Shown here piece after piece: positions 48,945 through 61,484 of a DNA stretch of 64,000 bases. Positions within the stretch are counted from its first letter, which is position 1. The number at the start of each line of letters is the position of its first letter. The notes below the pieces were generated by a model, which was not told the DNA's origin, made no database searches, and saw only the letters and a program-made list of their open reading frames with translations. A program made the translations under genes and the position numbers. The stretch comes from Squalus acanthias (lineage: Eukaryota). The stretch spans positions 121,336,001 through 121,400,000 of the forward strand of contig CM059432.1 in the NCBI GenBank assembly GCA_030390025.1. The letters run 5' to 3'.

Positions 48945-49465
48945 AAAACATAGAATTACATAGGATTGACATCACAGAAACAGGCCATTTGGCTCAACTG
49001 GTCTGAACCAGTGTTTATGCTCCATATGAAGAAGAAGAAGAAGACTTGCATTTATATAGCGCCTTTCATGACCACCAGACGTCTCAAAGCGCTTTACAGC
49101 CAATGAAGTACTTTTGAAGTGTAGTCACTGTTGTAATGTGGGAAACACGGCAGCCAATTTGCACACAGCAAGCTCCCACAAACAGCAATGTGATAATGAC
49201 CAGATAATCTGTTTTTGTTATGTTGTTTGAGGGAGAAATATTGGCCAGGACACCGGGGATAACCCCCCTGCTCTTCGTCGAAATAGTGCCATGGATCTTT
49301 TACGTCCACCTGAGAGAGCAGACAGGGCCTCAGTTTAACGTCCCATCCGAAAGACAGCACCTCCGACAGTGCAGCATATGAGCCTCCTCCCACCCTACTT
49401 CATCTCACCCTATTAGCATAACCTTCTATTCCTTTCTCCCTCATGTACTTATCTAACTTCCTCTT
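48945..49465 (-). mobile_element. CR1 3' tail split by a Deu-SINE
   Basis: CATAGAATTACATAG tail; resumes after repeated CATATGA; matches 60660-60830. Confidence 0.7.
49030..49374 (-). mobile_element. Deu-domain SINE, 5'-truncated
   Basis: Matches 22455-22900; TSD CATATGA (49023-49029 / 49375-49381). Confidence 0.88.
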
Positions 49466-49469
49466 AGCA

Positions 49470-49934
49470 TTGGGTTTATAGCTTCCCCTCAGCGTTAGGC
49501 CTTTTGATTAGGCATATTTTAATTAGCGGCCTATTGCCTGTTTAAGGACCCCTCCGGATAATTTGTTTCCGATAAGTGGAGGAAGGTGCCGGGCCTGCTC
49601 CGCTCAGGAATTTTCAGCAGCCGCCGCGGCCACCAACCGAAAGTGAGTATTTTTTAAATAACTTTTTTTTTAACATCCTGAGGAGCGAGGAGTGTTCCTC
49701 CTACTCTGCAGTTTTCGGGTTCGCCCCCGCCACCATAGCCTGCTCCAATCCCACTTCTGGGACTTACCTTCATAATCTTCAACACTGAGCAGCCTGTTGA
49801 GGCGCGACAAGCAGCTTCTGCATAATATAATAATGAAGCCCAAAGCCCAATTTCGGGCCGGCCATGGTCCTCCCAGCTGGAGTGCGCACTACCTGTGGAG
49901 CGCCCATAAACAGTCTCAGATGAATTTCTACCCC
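49470..49934. mobile_element. Degenerate Harbinger-like MITE
   Basis: Right end AATTTCTACCCC; internal GTGAGT...ACTTACCT; left end uncertain. Confidence 0.45.
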
Positions 49935-50099
49935 TTTAAGTCTCACATGGTTCTTCACTCGGGGGAGTTAACTGCAGCACAAAGTAGACATGAGCAAACT
50001 AGTGAACAAGACTGGAAAAGAGTGCATAGACACTAAAATCTGCTTTAAGCGCTACTGTTGTGTCGTGCTCCAATAATAAAAGGGAAGAAGTAGTAGAAA

Positions 50100-50730
50100 G
50101 AAAAGCATATTAAGGGATTGTTTAGGATGGTAATTGCATTGCGGTGGAGGGGATATGACATATATTTTGAAAGTGAGTTCAAACTCCCACTAAGACATGC
50201 CAAACCTGACAGAAACAGTGGTAGATTTAGAGGCATAGTGAGAGATGAGGCAGCTGTCACAGTTAAGATGATTGCTCCTACCAGATCCATTGGACCCACA
50301 GAATTTCAGATTCGCCATTGCTAATTTAAAAAGGCAGATTGATTTGGAAAGGCAGTGCATAGATGAGCTCGGAGAGGGCATGAGGGGAGATAGGAGAGAA
50401 TCCACGGAAAGATACGGGTTTAGGGTTCGGGCAGGGGGAGCTTTTTGGGGGAGCAGAGGCAGCTGAACAGATGGTCTCAATCTTGTTGTTGGAAGTGAGG
50501 GTGGAGGAGGTAGTGTAGAGCAGGCTAAAGGAGATGGTTCATAGTGAAGAAAAGAAGCTGGGGGTCTGTTCTGTCCAGGATGAGCCTGGCGGTTTTGGCA
50601 GAGATAGCACTTGATGTTGTCCAGCCAGATCTGGTGATGATACCAGTTGTGCACCAGAAACGCGCAAGTCTGCACCCTTGGACTTTTATTTGGCCAAGAA
50701 GTTTTGGAGCATGACGTGCTTTGCCACAGA
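50100..50730 (-). mobile_element. Old L2-like LINE internal fragment
   Basis: Purine-rich plus strand; decayed W...QIWLDNIKCY-type linker; no clean catalytic motif. Confidence 0.4.
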
Positions 50731-51236
50731 GTGGTTAAGGCAGAGACTATTGCCTCTTTTATGTGAATAAAAGTGAATAGATGTTTGAAGCAAAGGAAGA
50801 TACAGGGATATGGGAGAGCAGTGTTGTGGAATTAGTTACAAATTGCTCTCCCCCCACCCCGCAGTTCAAGCTAACATTTTTCTTCACCCTCCCCGCTCAA
50901 TTCAAGCTAGCGCTTTCCAGCCCTTACCTAAGTTAAAGCTGGTACTCTTTTTATTCCCCACCCCAACAAACTGCCGATTCTGGGTTCTCCCATTCGCCAA
51001 AGCATCAGCTCCAGCTTCTCCCCTCTTCCCTTCCAAGATGTCACTTTTGGTTTCTCTCCTCTTTCCTTCCTCTCTTTCACTCCTGCACTTCCCTCTCTAA
51101 CCTACTGTGCTCATGAAAATCCCCATTCACGGAATGCAATAGCCTGAATCACTTCAGACAACAGCAGGACTTGGGTAGAAGCAGCGCAGAGAGATGAGGG
51201 GCTTGGTACAGGACGATATTTGTCCACAGACTCATT

Positions 51237-52180
51237 GGCCGGAATTTTATCTTGGAGGCAGGTAGGGAGCGGGGGGCCAGGAATGCGAACGGGCCTCCGG
51301 CCCTACCAAACTTAAAGGCAGGGACTGATTTAAATTTGTTTTATCTGTTGCCCGCCCGCAGCCAGCCAGATTGAGAGGCTGGCTGTTTATCAAGCGGGTA
51401 GGCCTGGGATCGTCAGAAGGGGGTCGGGGCTAGGGATCGGCGGAGGGGGGAGGGGCCAGGGACTGTTGGAGGGTCTCGGGGGACAGGGATCGTTGGAGGG
51501 GGTTGGGGGGCGTCAGGATTTTCGGAGGGGGTCGGGGCCAGGATCGTCGGAGGGGGAGAGGACCGGGATCGTCGGAGGGCGTCGCGGGCCAGGATCATCG
51601 GAGGGGGAAGGTGGCCAGGATCCTTGTGGAGGCGGTCGGAAGGCCGGACAGGGAGTCAGAGATCGGGGGGGGTGGGTGGGAGAGAGGGGGTACGTGTCGA
51701 AGATTGGTCCGAGGGGGGATCGGAGGCCGAGGTGGGATATCAGAGGCCGAGGGGTGGGGGAAGATTGTTGGCCGGGGAGGAGATTGGGGGGGGAGATCGG
51801 AAGGGTCGAGGGTTGTCTGATCATGGGGTTTGGCGAGGCAGGAATGCTGGATCCAGCAGGTAAGTGGAAAAGCACTTACCTCCTGGATCCAACAGTCCTC
51901 GCCTTACTTTAGCTGCCCGGTTCCCTGAGGCCTGAGAAACCCAGCCACCCAGAGTCAAATTTAAATTAGAGCTTCAAAATGAAGCACGCAACCTCATTAT
52001 AATATTTAAAGTGCCAACCTGTTTTTCCTGGGAGTGGGTGGCTGCCTGCCCCCCATCCTGCCTCCATTAAAACCGGAAGTGGGTGGGTTGGAGGCTGTTT
52101 GGGGTTGGGATTGAGTTTTTTTAACACTTTAACCTACCACCCGACCCCAACCCAGCGTTTTTTGTATTAAAATTGCCCCC
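51237..52180. mobile_element. Harbinger-type MITE with internal GGATCGTCGGAGGG minisatellite-like repeats
   Basis: Ends GGCCGGAATTTTAT...TTAAAATTGCCCCC; repeats about 51405-51810; hairpin 51848-51891. Confidence 0.7.
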
Positions 52181-53000
52181 ATAGAGAGTGCTGCAATTTG
52201 AATCACCAAAGGATTAATGAAATAGGAGATCAAAAGCAGCGTGAGGTAATGCTTCCCACAAGTGGATAACAAAGTGTGGGAACACGAAAGGATGGAGAAA
52301 TAATAGAACTGAGAAGAGCCAGATAATAACCTCCCTTTCATTTGTGTTTACATTTCCACCAATGTAATCTTAATGATTCAAGTTGTGGTACATGTTATAA
52401 AAATGGGCATCATTCATTTAAAGTGCCAAATTGGAGATTTTGAAATTTGAATGATTCATGAGACATGAACAGGGTTCATTTATTTCCAAAGAAGCTTTGT
52501 AATATTTATGGGAAATGTGCAAATCAGGGTCAGCTCATGTTTCTTTTTAATGTTGCTCATTATTTTGTATTTTCACCAAAGCTGAGTTTTGATAAAAGTA
52601 AAAGGATGCGATTTAGGAACCTCATAGGGCAGCAATTATCTAAACAGTTATATCTAATTTCTTTATTCAATTTTCTTTGGTTGTATTTTCATTTGCTTAT
52701 CAGTAATATTCCTTTCCCACTACATTATTCCGTTCTTTTTCCTATCAGCCCTCTTTTTTTGTAATCATTGTTTTGGATATATCTGAATTCAGTTCATTTA
52801 GATTCAGACACTCCTGGCCCAGTTTAATTTTATTTTAATAAAAGGTGTCACACATTCTTAAATTAATAATTTCACACGTTCCCTCTTGCATATGTGCAAT
52901 AGCATTTTCCAAGTAGTGCCAAGTACAGCCAAAACATTAACCCATCTTTTGCTTTCAGATTCCGATCGATCTGCTGTGCACCTTCAGATCTGAAGAACCA

Positions 53001-54369
53001 GGGTCCAAAATTCTGAAAAAGCCGTTGCGTTGGTGGAACAGAGGCAGAGTGGACTTCCGCCTGCTTACCCCAATCATAATTTACGGGATCAGCAAACTTA
53101 AATAGGCAGAGGCGTGCGGGTAAATACCTGGAGGAGCAACAGAGATCTGATGCAGCAGCAGGACAATGAGGGCTAACGAGAGGCAAACACCACGGAGTCA
53201 GGACTGAATGTCCTCATCACAGAGATACAGGGCCGGAGGGACAGTCTGTCTGTTTTGGTGTCGGGAGCCGAAAACTTGCCAAGACTGCCGCATGCGCTTC
53301 ATGAGGGAAGTGGCTGCAACACTGAGTGCCACCGCCACGAACCCCAGGACTGCTTTGCAGTGTGGGAAGAACTTCAACAACCTCACCAGAGCAGGCAAGG
53401 TAAGCTCCCTGCTCCCTGACCCTTTCGTGCAGTCTCTTTATCTTTGTGGTGCTCCTTTGTTATTTTCACAGTGCCAGAGGAATCAGAGATCAAAGTGGAA
53501 TCTAACAATGGGGAGTTATAGACTCCACAGAATTGAACCAAGGGCTTCTAAGGAGGTCAGTTTGCAATGAGAGTCAGAGTTCTGTCTATGACCTTTACTG
53601 AACTATTGCCTCTGGGGCATTCTCAGGGGAGTGCCATGGCCTGTAGACTCTGGTGGTAGGGCTCTTCCTGTCCTTTAGTGTAGCCTAATCCAGTTTGCCT
53701 CTGTCATTTCCTCTTCCCCCTGCTCCTGTTCCGCCTCCATTATAAGGACATATATGGGAATCTCCAGAGTGAACTCCATGACAGAAGGCTGGGAAGCAAA
53801 AGGTTTCCCAGGCTGAAACTTCAGAAAGGCAGCTTGGCAGAATCCTTTCTTAGTTGTACAGCTTGGAAAATATTTTTCTAATCGCTTCAGGCAAAGCTGG
53901 TGTTTTCAGACAAGGATTTGGGAGGTGGAGAGCGGGGGGGGGGGATGTGAGGAAGGGGGAGAGTGAGGGGAGGGACAGGGTGAGGGGGGAGAGGGGCGGG
54001 CATGGGAAATGTAGGGGAGGGGGATGCAGAGAGACTGAGGGATGGGGAGAGGAAGGATAATGAGCAGAGGAAATCCTGTGAACTCAAACATTTCCTGGTT
54101 TAACTAGACATGCAGATAACTTACCCCTGTTTTCTCCAGGTTTAATATAGGTCAAGTGCAATTCTGGTGTAAATGGTGGCATTTCTTTGGCCCTCTTTAT
54201 CCTGACATTTGGATAAATGCACCATTTTGGGGATGGGCACAACTTCCGCCAGCATCCAGTCCTCCTGGAATTGAGCGTGTTTTTTTAGAATGACTGTGCC
54301 ACAAATTTTGGTCGCCTATGGCAGAACTACATCACTTTTTCACCAAAATAATCTTGGAATTTTGGGCCC
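53001..54369 (+). mobile_element. Divergent deleted Harbinger with Myb/SANT exon 1
   Basis: TIR GGGTCCAAAATT...AATTTTGGGCCC; REVAATLSATATNPRTALQCGKNFNNLTRAGK then GTAAGC donor at 53400. Confidence 0.75.
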
Positions 54370-54524
54370 TTTTTTTCATCCTTTGCTAAAATTCCCTGAT
54401 TTTGTAGCTGAGAGAAAATATTAACTATGGGGTAGATTTTCAACTTAATGTAAAACTGCCATTTCAGATTGACCGGCCCATCACAGAAACTGGACAACTT
54501 TAATTTCCATTGAATGGATATGAA

Positions 54525-54865
54525 AGAAAGGACTTTCATCTATACAGCACTTTTCACAACCTCAGGATATCCCACATGTTTTATAGCTAATGAAGTAGTT
54601 TTCCGGTGTAGTCACTGTTATAATGTAGAAAACGCAGCAGCCAATTTGCACACAGAAAGGTCCCACAAGCAGCAATGAGATAAATGACCAGATAGTCTGT
54701 TTTAGTGATGTTGATTGAGGGATAAATATCAACCTGGATACTGGGGAGAACTTCTGTGCTGTTCTTCAATTAGTTCCATGGGAACTTTTATGTCCATCTG
54801 AGAGTTCAACGTCTCAAGACTCTGAATCAGAAGCGAGAAGGCTACTACTGAGCCACGCTGACACC
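54525..54865 (-). mobile_element. Deu-domain SINE, internally deleted
   Basis: Matches 12250-12655 plus head remnant CTACTGAGCCAC. Confidence 0.8.
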
Positions 54866-55041
54866 CAAATGGGCAGTTTCTATAATTGGGGGCCGATCCC
54901 CATTGCTAGTTTTATGCCTGGGTGACAAGCTAAAAATCTATCCCTATAATTTTTTCATTGGCAGTAATCTTAATGCTGGTTTTGCGCTGAGTGGGAATAG
55001 GGGACCTTAGCTGGTTCAGATACTTTTAGTGCTTTTAAGTG

Positions 55042-55468
55042 TTAGCTTGGCTTAGTTGGTAACACCCTCACTTCTGAGTCAGAAGTTTGTGGGTTCAGGC
55101 TCCACTCCAGGACCTGGGCTCATAATCTAGGATGGCACGTTCGTCCTCGACACTGAGGGAGGGAGGGAGTGCTACATTGTCAGAGGTGCCGTCAATTGGG
55201 TGAAATGTTCAAGCAAGGCTCTCTCTGCCTGTTTCAGTGGTGGAGGTGGATGTAAAAGATCCCACGCTGCTATTCGAAGAAGCTTTCCTGGCCTACATTC
55301 ATCCCTCAAGCAAGACCACCAGAAACAAATTAACTGGTCTCTGTGCAATCTTGCTGTGTGCAAATTGGCAGCCCAGCTAACAAGAGTGACTGTACTTCAA
55401 AATTAATTCATAGGTTGTAAAGCACTGAGGATGTGATAAGATGCTACATAAATGCAAGTTCTTTTTTT
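55042..55468 (+). mobile_element. Deu-domain SINE, diverged full length
   Basis: A box TGGCTTAGTTGG, B-box-like GGTTCAGGCTCC, GTAAAAGATCCCA, tail TACATAAATGCAAGTTC. Confidence 0.8.
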
Positions 55469-56375
55469 TATAGCAGTATTATCACCCATCTGGTGAGGGT
55501 TTAACACCTCTTAACTAAAGATTAATTAAGCAGTAGATATTGTTAACATTGCCCTTTCCTTCATGTTCACAATAATTTCAATTCCAATCAGGTCTTATTC
55601 CAGCTATAAGACCAATCAGTGCAGTGTTACAAGCCATTGGCAGAAGGTTGCTCATTGCTGCAGCAACAGCAGCTGTTGTTCTGCCTGAGGATGATAGGGA
55701 GATATGAGACAAAGAAGGGTTATTAGGAGCCTCGCCAGGTCAAAGTCTGTATGGGCTAATTGTTAAGTAGCAGCTAATAAGAATGTTCAGGTTAGCCATA
55801 AAAATAACTGCAGACCTTTACCAAATGCCGGTTCCAGATTCTAATGTTTTGTATTCGCCAGAGTTGGTTGTGTTCCAGTAGAATACAAATGTCAATGACA
55901 CCCACTGCCTGTGCTAAGGTTGTAAATGTCCAGCAACCATACTTAAATAAAAGTTCCTAGAGGGGTTCTCCAGGCACCTGAAGGGTACTACAGTGATGCA
56001 GTGCATAAGCCACGATGGGCTAGAAATTCATTATAGCCCAGGAATGAGCGGTATCATTAGAAAAGTTGGCGAATTAGCACCAGGTGCTAATGCTTTAGAC
56101 TGCACGCAAAATTCGTGCTCACTGCTCAAAGAAATGATTGAAGTCCTAATTCAAGTTTTTAAGCCCAAGCTCATTGGCATTACACTCAAAGGGTGGACCA
56201 ATATCAGATGCAGTTTCATCGCAAGTCATGATTGCCACAGGCTTTTTTAAGTACTTAAAAGGGAGGTTCATTGATGCTGCAGAACCTCATTCTCAGCATT
56301 GCTAGCTGTGCAGCTGCCTCAGCAAGCAGCAGCAGGTCGAGGAGAAGGAGTTGGAGGACCAAAGCAGCTGTACTC

Positions 56376-58223
56376 ATGGCAGATCCACGCCCCAGGCAGA
56401 GAGCCCGCAGATTCTGCGATCAAGCATTGGAGGTGTTGGTGTTCACTGTGGAGTGGCAGGAGGCCCATGCCGCAAATCTTCCGCACCATGTGGAGGGAGG
56501 TAGCACAGCACGTCTTGGGCAGCACTATGGTCCCCAGCACCCACACACATTGCAGCAAGAAATTTAATGACCTCACTCGGGTGGTCAGGGTGAGTGAATG
56601 ATACAACAAATGCAGCATACCACCGTCTGAACCACAGCCTGCACACACTGCCCAAAGCACCACACCCCCAGCACTCACCCACCAACAATCTCTAACTACC
56701 AACACTCACACCCACATCTCACACCTTTGCACACAATGACACCTATTCAACTACGGCAGGCACATCACCCAAACACATTGCTCCACACTCACTCACACAC
56801 TTTCCTTTCTCTTGCAGGCCAAGGTGGCTCAAAACAGGAGGGCGCAGGAGTGCACAGGCGGGGGACAAGCTGACACCCAACCACTGTCTGCGCTGGAAAA
56901 TAGAGTGCTGGAGATTATTGGGCACCAGGTGGTGAACGCCGTGGCCACCAGCGACATTGACCCCCTTGGGGACAACAATAGTATGTTCATCCCTACTCCT
57001 TCTTCTCACATCCCACTTCCCACTCACACCACAAGCGATTCGCACTTTCCAGCTAATCACGCTGTATGCATGCATTTCTCCCTTCCTGTCCCCCCTCCCC
57101 TCGCCTTAACCCAACTCATGTGCCTTAATGCCTTCAGATAATGAGCAAGCACCTGAGCAGCCTGTTTCTGAGGGCACCGTAGAGAGCGAGGCGGGAGAAG
57201 AGGAGGAGGAAGAACCCACCGCGTCACTGCATGTCTCAAACAAATGCACCAGCTCAGACACTGGCACTCCGCGTTCTTTAGAGACTAGTATAGTAGCGGG
57301 ATCTGCATAGGGTGAGGCACCGGGGACGAGTGGGCTGCAGCAAGACCAGGGGAAAGGGTAGCTCGGGGGCCAGCTCCCTGGAGGGTGAGTTCACGCGCGA
57401 GTTCTACTGCACAGGACTCAGATGAGGACCTCGATGGGGAGGCGTTTAGAAGAAGGGTGATGGGCATGCACAACAGGGTGCCTGAGAGCCTCTCGGCAAT
57501 GGTAAGGTGCGTGGGGGAGTCCGCCTCCAACATTGCACAGAGCTCTGCGCACACCATGGAGCCCATTATTTCAGTCTGCAAAGGATGGTAGACACCCAGA
57601 GAGACCCAGACCTGATGCCGCGTGTGATGGGCGATCTGGCTGCTTCCACTGCAACACAGGCGGAAGCGATGCAATGTCTTAGTGCTGTAATGCAGCCTAG
57701 GCTTGGTGGCAGCCAATTTCAGACTGCTCTCATGCAGTCTCAGCTTGATGCAATGCAAGCTCTGCCTGTTGCCATCGTGGCTGGGTCTACCACCGTTCAC
57801 CGGGGCTTTCACGGTATCATAGCAAGCCAGCAATCTGTGCTCTAACAGATTGCTAGTGATGCTGAGGTGCTACCCCGGGGGAGTGGCAGTGGGTCAGTGG
57901 AGCAGGAACCTGCTGTCCTCTCTCAGAATGACAGCATTCGTCCTCCCACCACTGCCACACCGCCATTGCCCTTGTTGCTCCCTGTCATCCAGCCAGCCCA
58001 GACTGCTGCCGCCCATGCTGAGGTGGTGCAGTCTACAGCCGGGCCTTCCAGGTCCAGAGCTGGTCGAGGGCGTCCTGCAAGGCCAGCTGAAGTCTCCCGC
58101 ACGGACACTCAGCAGCCTTCCACCAGCCCTGCTGCAGCCACTGGGCCAATACTTTGTAGGAGCACTAGAGTAGGCAAAGGCACAGTAACAACAGGCACGA
58201 AGGGATTGCACAAGGGGGAATAG
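56376..58223 (+). pseudogene. Harbinger Myb/SANT-like gene, 3 exons (56376-56589, 56818-56980, 57138-58223), with stops and frameshifts
   Basis: MADPRPRQRARRFCDQALEVLV..WREVAQHV..CSKKFNDLTRVVR|GTGAGT; CAG|AKVAQNRR..TGGG; phase-consistent exon 3. Confidence 0.85.
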
Positions 58224-58388
58224 TTAATATTTTTATTGTAAATATGTGTTCACTGATTTTTGATAAATTTATTAATTCAGTTTGGATTCTTTTATGGTGT
58301 GTCTCATTTCAGCTTTGCGCTGTGATATAGCCTATGTCAGGGATGGAATGATAAGGATGTGGGGAGCAACGGGGATCTGGGGTTTAAT

Positions 58389-58474
58389 TCATTCGAACCG
58401 AAGTCTGATGAGGTGGTCATGGACTTCCCTTCCAGAAGGTTGATTGAGTGGTCGCCTCCTCCCTCGCTCCTGTT

Positions 58475-58509
<35 letters not shown>

Positions 58510-59543
58510 CCCTCTTCCTTCTCCTGAGGTGGTCCTGCAATCCCTGGTGGCAAGGGCTGGGACCTCATGACAGCCAAGTTGTGGAGCATGCAGCAGACCA
58601 CAACGAAATGGGACACCCGCTCAGCCAAGTACTGGAGGGCTCCTCCCGAGCAGGTCAAGGCAGTGGAACCGTTGCTTCAGCTGCTCGATGATGCCCCTGG
58701 TGGCAGCATGGCTCTCATTTAATGAGTGCTGGACAGGAGTGTTGGCGTTGCGGAGGGGAGTCATGAGCCAGGATAGCACTTGTCTCCGAGCAGCCAGCCA
58801 TGAGCTTGACATGGTGGCTGAAAGAGTGCTGGCACTCCGGTCTGGCACAGGATGAAGGCATCGTGGCTGCTGCCAGGATAGAGGGCATTGACATTGAGGA
58901 TTAGCTGTCTGTGGTCACACACCAACTGCACATTAAGTGAGTGGTAGACTTTGCAGTTACGGAATATATCAGGATTGTTATGCAGTGCCCGCAAAGCAAT
59001 GTGGGTGCAGTCAATGGCGCCCTGCACCATGAGGAAGCCCGGTATCCTGGCAAAGCCACATGCACGCTTGTCCTGCTTCTCTCTGGTGATGGGGAAGGAA
59101 ATGTAATCCCTTCTCCTACTGTAGAGAGCCTCTGTGACCTCCTGGATGCAGCGATGGATGGCGCACTGTAAGTTGTTAGTTATGTCTCCTGTTGCAGACT
59201 GGAAGGATACGCTGGCAAAGAAATTGAGTGTGACGGTGACCTTGACTGCCACTGAGAGAGCCGTGGTTGCTCTGATCTGAGGCTGGAGGTCTGGTTGCAG
59301 GAGGTGACATGAGAGTTCTGTGACCGCCTCCTTGGTGAAACGGAGCCTTCTTATACACTGCTCCTCGCTTAATTGGAGGTAGGAGAAGTGCTCTTGGAAT
59401 ACCCTCGGAAGGTAAGGCCTCCTGTTGAGAGCCCTGATGGCCGTACGCCTCCCTCTGGGCACATGTTCCAGCCTCCGCTCCCTCCACTGTAGATCCTGGA
59501 GGGCGAGGTCAACTGCCAGTACAGTCCCCATTAATGTAACCAC
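58389..59543 (-). pseudogene. Harbinger DDE transposase (HARBI1-family), frameshifted
   Basis: CIRRLRFTKE, GAIDCTHI, YPGSSHDAFIL, WLLGDK, HAATRGIIEQ, CCMLHNLAV, poly-Glu tail. Confidence 0.92.
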
Positions 59544-60432
59544 ATGTAGCAGTTTGATTTTTTTGAGAATAAATGTAGTTACTTTTTAGTTGCTACAACA
59601 CTCCTGATACTAAATAACCTTGAATTTACGGAATGAGACTGTTGGACTATGTGAAACTGACAAGAAAGCATTGAAGCTCTACTAACCTATAGCTGTGACT
59701 CATTACTGATGATCCCTTTAAATAACTTCTCTGGAGCCGTCTTCCTGGTGCTTCATGCCAGCTCTCCCTGTCGCTGTTTACTCTAGGCTCTAAGGTAGGT
59801 GGCAACAATCAATTTTGCAGATCGGGCGGCCAGTGAGCGTTGCACACTCACTGACGTCACGATCCACCTGGCGTTGAGGCTCCCGGCGATAACTGTCAGT
59901 GGAGGCGCTGCGGGGGTGGCGGGATTTGGCGTGCGGCATTGGATTCGCCTCGCCCGGCGATAATGCTGTAGCGCCCCATTAGCGCCATCTGCTGGCGCTA
60001 ACAGGAGGCGCAAATCTTTCCCCCATATCCTTCTGCATTTAGCAAGTGACAGATTCACTATTCAAAAGGACTGATAGGTTCATTAATTTCTCTAAAAGTG
60101 GAGAGAAAAACGGTGACCACACATCGAAGGTCTTATGCTATTGCCAGCTCTGTGTGTAGTGGACTGAAATCATATAGAATTATAGTTCTGGTCAGTCAAT
60201 TAATTGCAATTGTAGTTGCAGATCAACTTTAAGGGCATTCCTTCCCTTTGAGATCCAGAATACAATGGCCTCACAGATGCTCCTGCTCCCTGGCCATAAC
60301 TTCAATGATGGTGCAGCGGAAAACTCTTTTAACGTGCATCAATGGGGTTTCTGCAGCACTTCTGGCGAAGTTAGGGTGACAGAGCGGGCGTACCTCTGAG
60401 GAAATCCTTGGTCAATATTTTAGCTTACTGCT

Positions 60433-61484
60433 CAATTCCCAGGCTTAACATTTAACTCCCACATCCTTAGCCAGTCATGCATGCCATGTTTCATTTTCAT
60501 GAAAACTAGTCGATCTCCTGCGGCATTACCCGCAGTCAATGCGGCACTAACAAGGGGGAGTGGGTGGCAGGCAGCAGGCATGCAGTCATTCTGAGAGAGT
60601 ACAGCAGGTGCCTCTCCAATGGAATCAAGGCCACTCTCCTGGGACTGCTCATCATTAGTTGAGACGAATAGCATAGATGCATTTAAGGGGAAGCTAGATA
60701 AACATATGAGGGAGAAAGGAATAGAAGGTTATGCTGATAGGGTGAGATGAAGAGGGCTGGAGCATAAACACTGGCATGGACCGGTTGGGCCAAATGGCCT
60801 GTTCCTGTGCTGTACATTCTATGTAATTCGATGTTGTGTGTGACCTTTATCCTGCAAAATGAATGGAGTGTGCTGGTGAGCACCATGTTAGCTATTTTGA
60901 GAATGTGCCTGTCATGGTTCACTAGTTTGAATGTTGTGTGGCAGATGTGAAGTGTAGGAAAATGAGGGCTGCAATAATGGTGATCGAGAGAGTGTGTGTG
61001 TGTTGGAGGAGAAGGAGGTATAGTAAAGTGTGGTGGTGCGGTGATTGTAGGAGAGTGAAGGGAAGCGGGGGAGTGGAGTAGTGAGGCTGCAGATGGTGGA
61101 GTTGTGAGAAAAGAGTAATTGATGTGAGAGGCAAGATTCTTCCCTTGACAACTCTGATGAGGTCACTGAACTCTTTCCAGCATTGGAGCCATGTCCTGGG
61201 AGCTACGTTCCTGGCATTGATCTTCTCAGCGACTTCTTCCCACTGGCGGCAGAGTATTGACTGGTAGGATTTCTGCCTCCTGGAGGGAATAGGATCTCCC
61301 TCTTCCTCTCCCCCATCTGGACCAGAGCCTCCAACGCTGCATCGGAAGACCTGGGTGCCCTCTCTGGTCCTCTTGTAGCTTTTTCTCCAATTGTGAAGTT
61401 TCCCTGAAGCTTTCATGCTGTCTGCAGCCAGAGTGCACCTCCCCTTTAAAAGATGAAAGCAGTCTTTAAGTGGTGAGCCACTTG
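60433..61484 (-). mobile_element. Decayed Harbinger Myb/SANT remnant with a CR1 tail inserted at about 60660-60830 (+)
   Basis: WEEVAEKINARNVAPRTWLQCWKEFSDLIRVVK in ORF 60922-61488; EAPAVLSQND in ORF 60432-60674. Confidence 0.75.

Larger units (their letters stand above)
56017..60024. mobile_element. Near-complete (decayed) autonomous-type Harbinger with two convergent genes
   Basis: Left GGGCTAGAAATT, right degenerate AAATCTTTCCCCC; Myb/SANT gene (+) and transposase (-) tail to tail with an AT-rich spacer about 58224-58330. Confidence 0.9.

Noticed and set aside
51405..51810. CRISPR-like or coding Gly/Pro repeat array
   Set aside because: Degenerate G-rich repeats inside a MITE in a vertebrate context; no constant repeat with unique spacers and no cas genes.
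58389..59543. Host HARBI1 gene
   Set aside because: Frameshifted, inside TIRs, paired with a Myb/SANT gene and multi-copy in this window: a transposon copy, not the domesticated gene.
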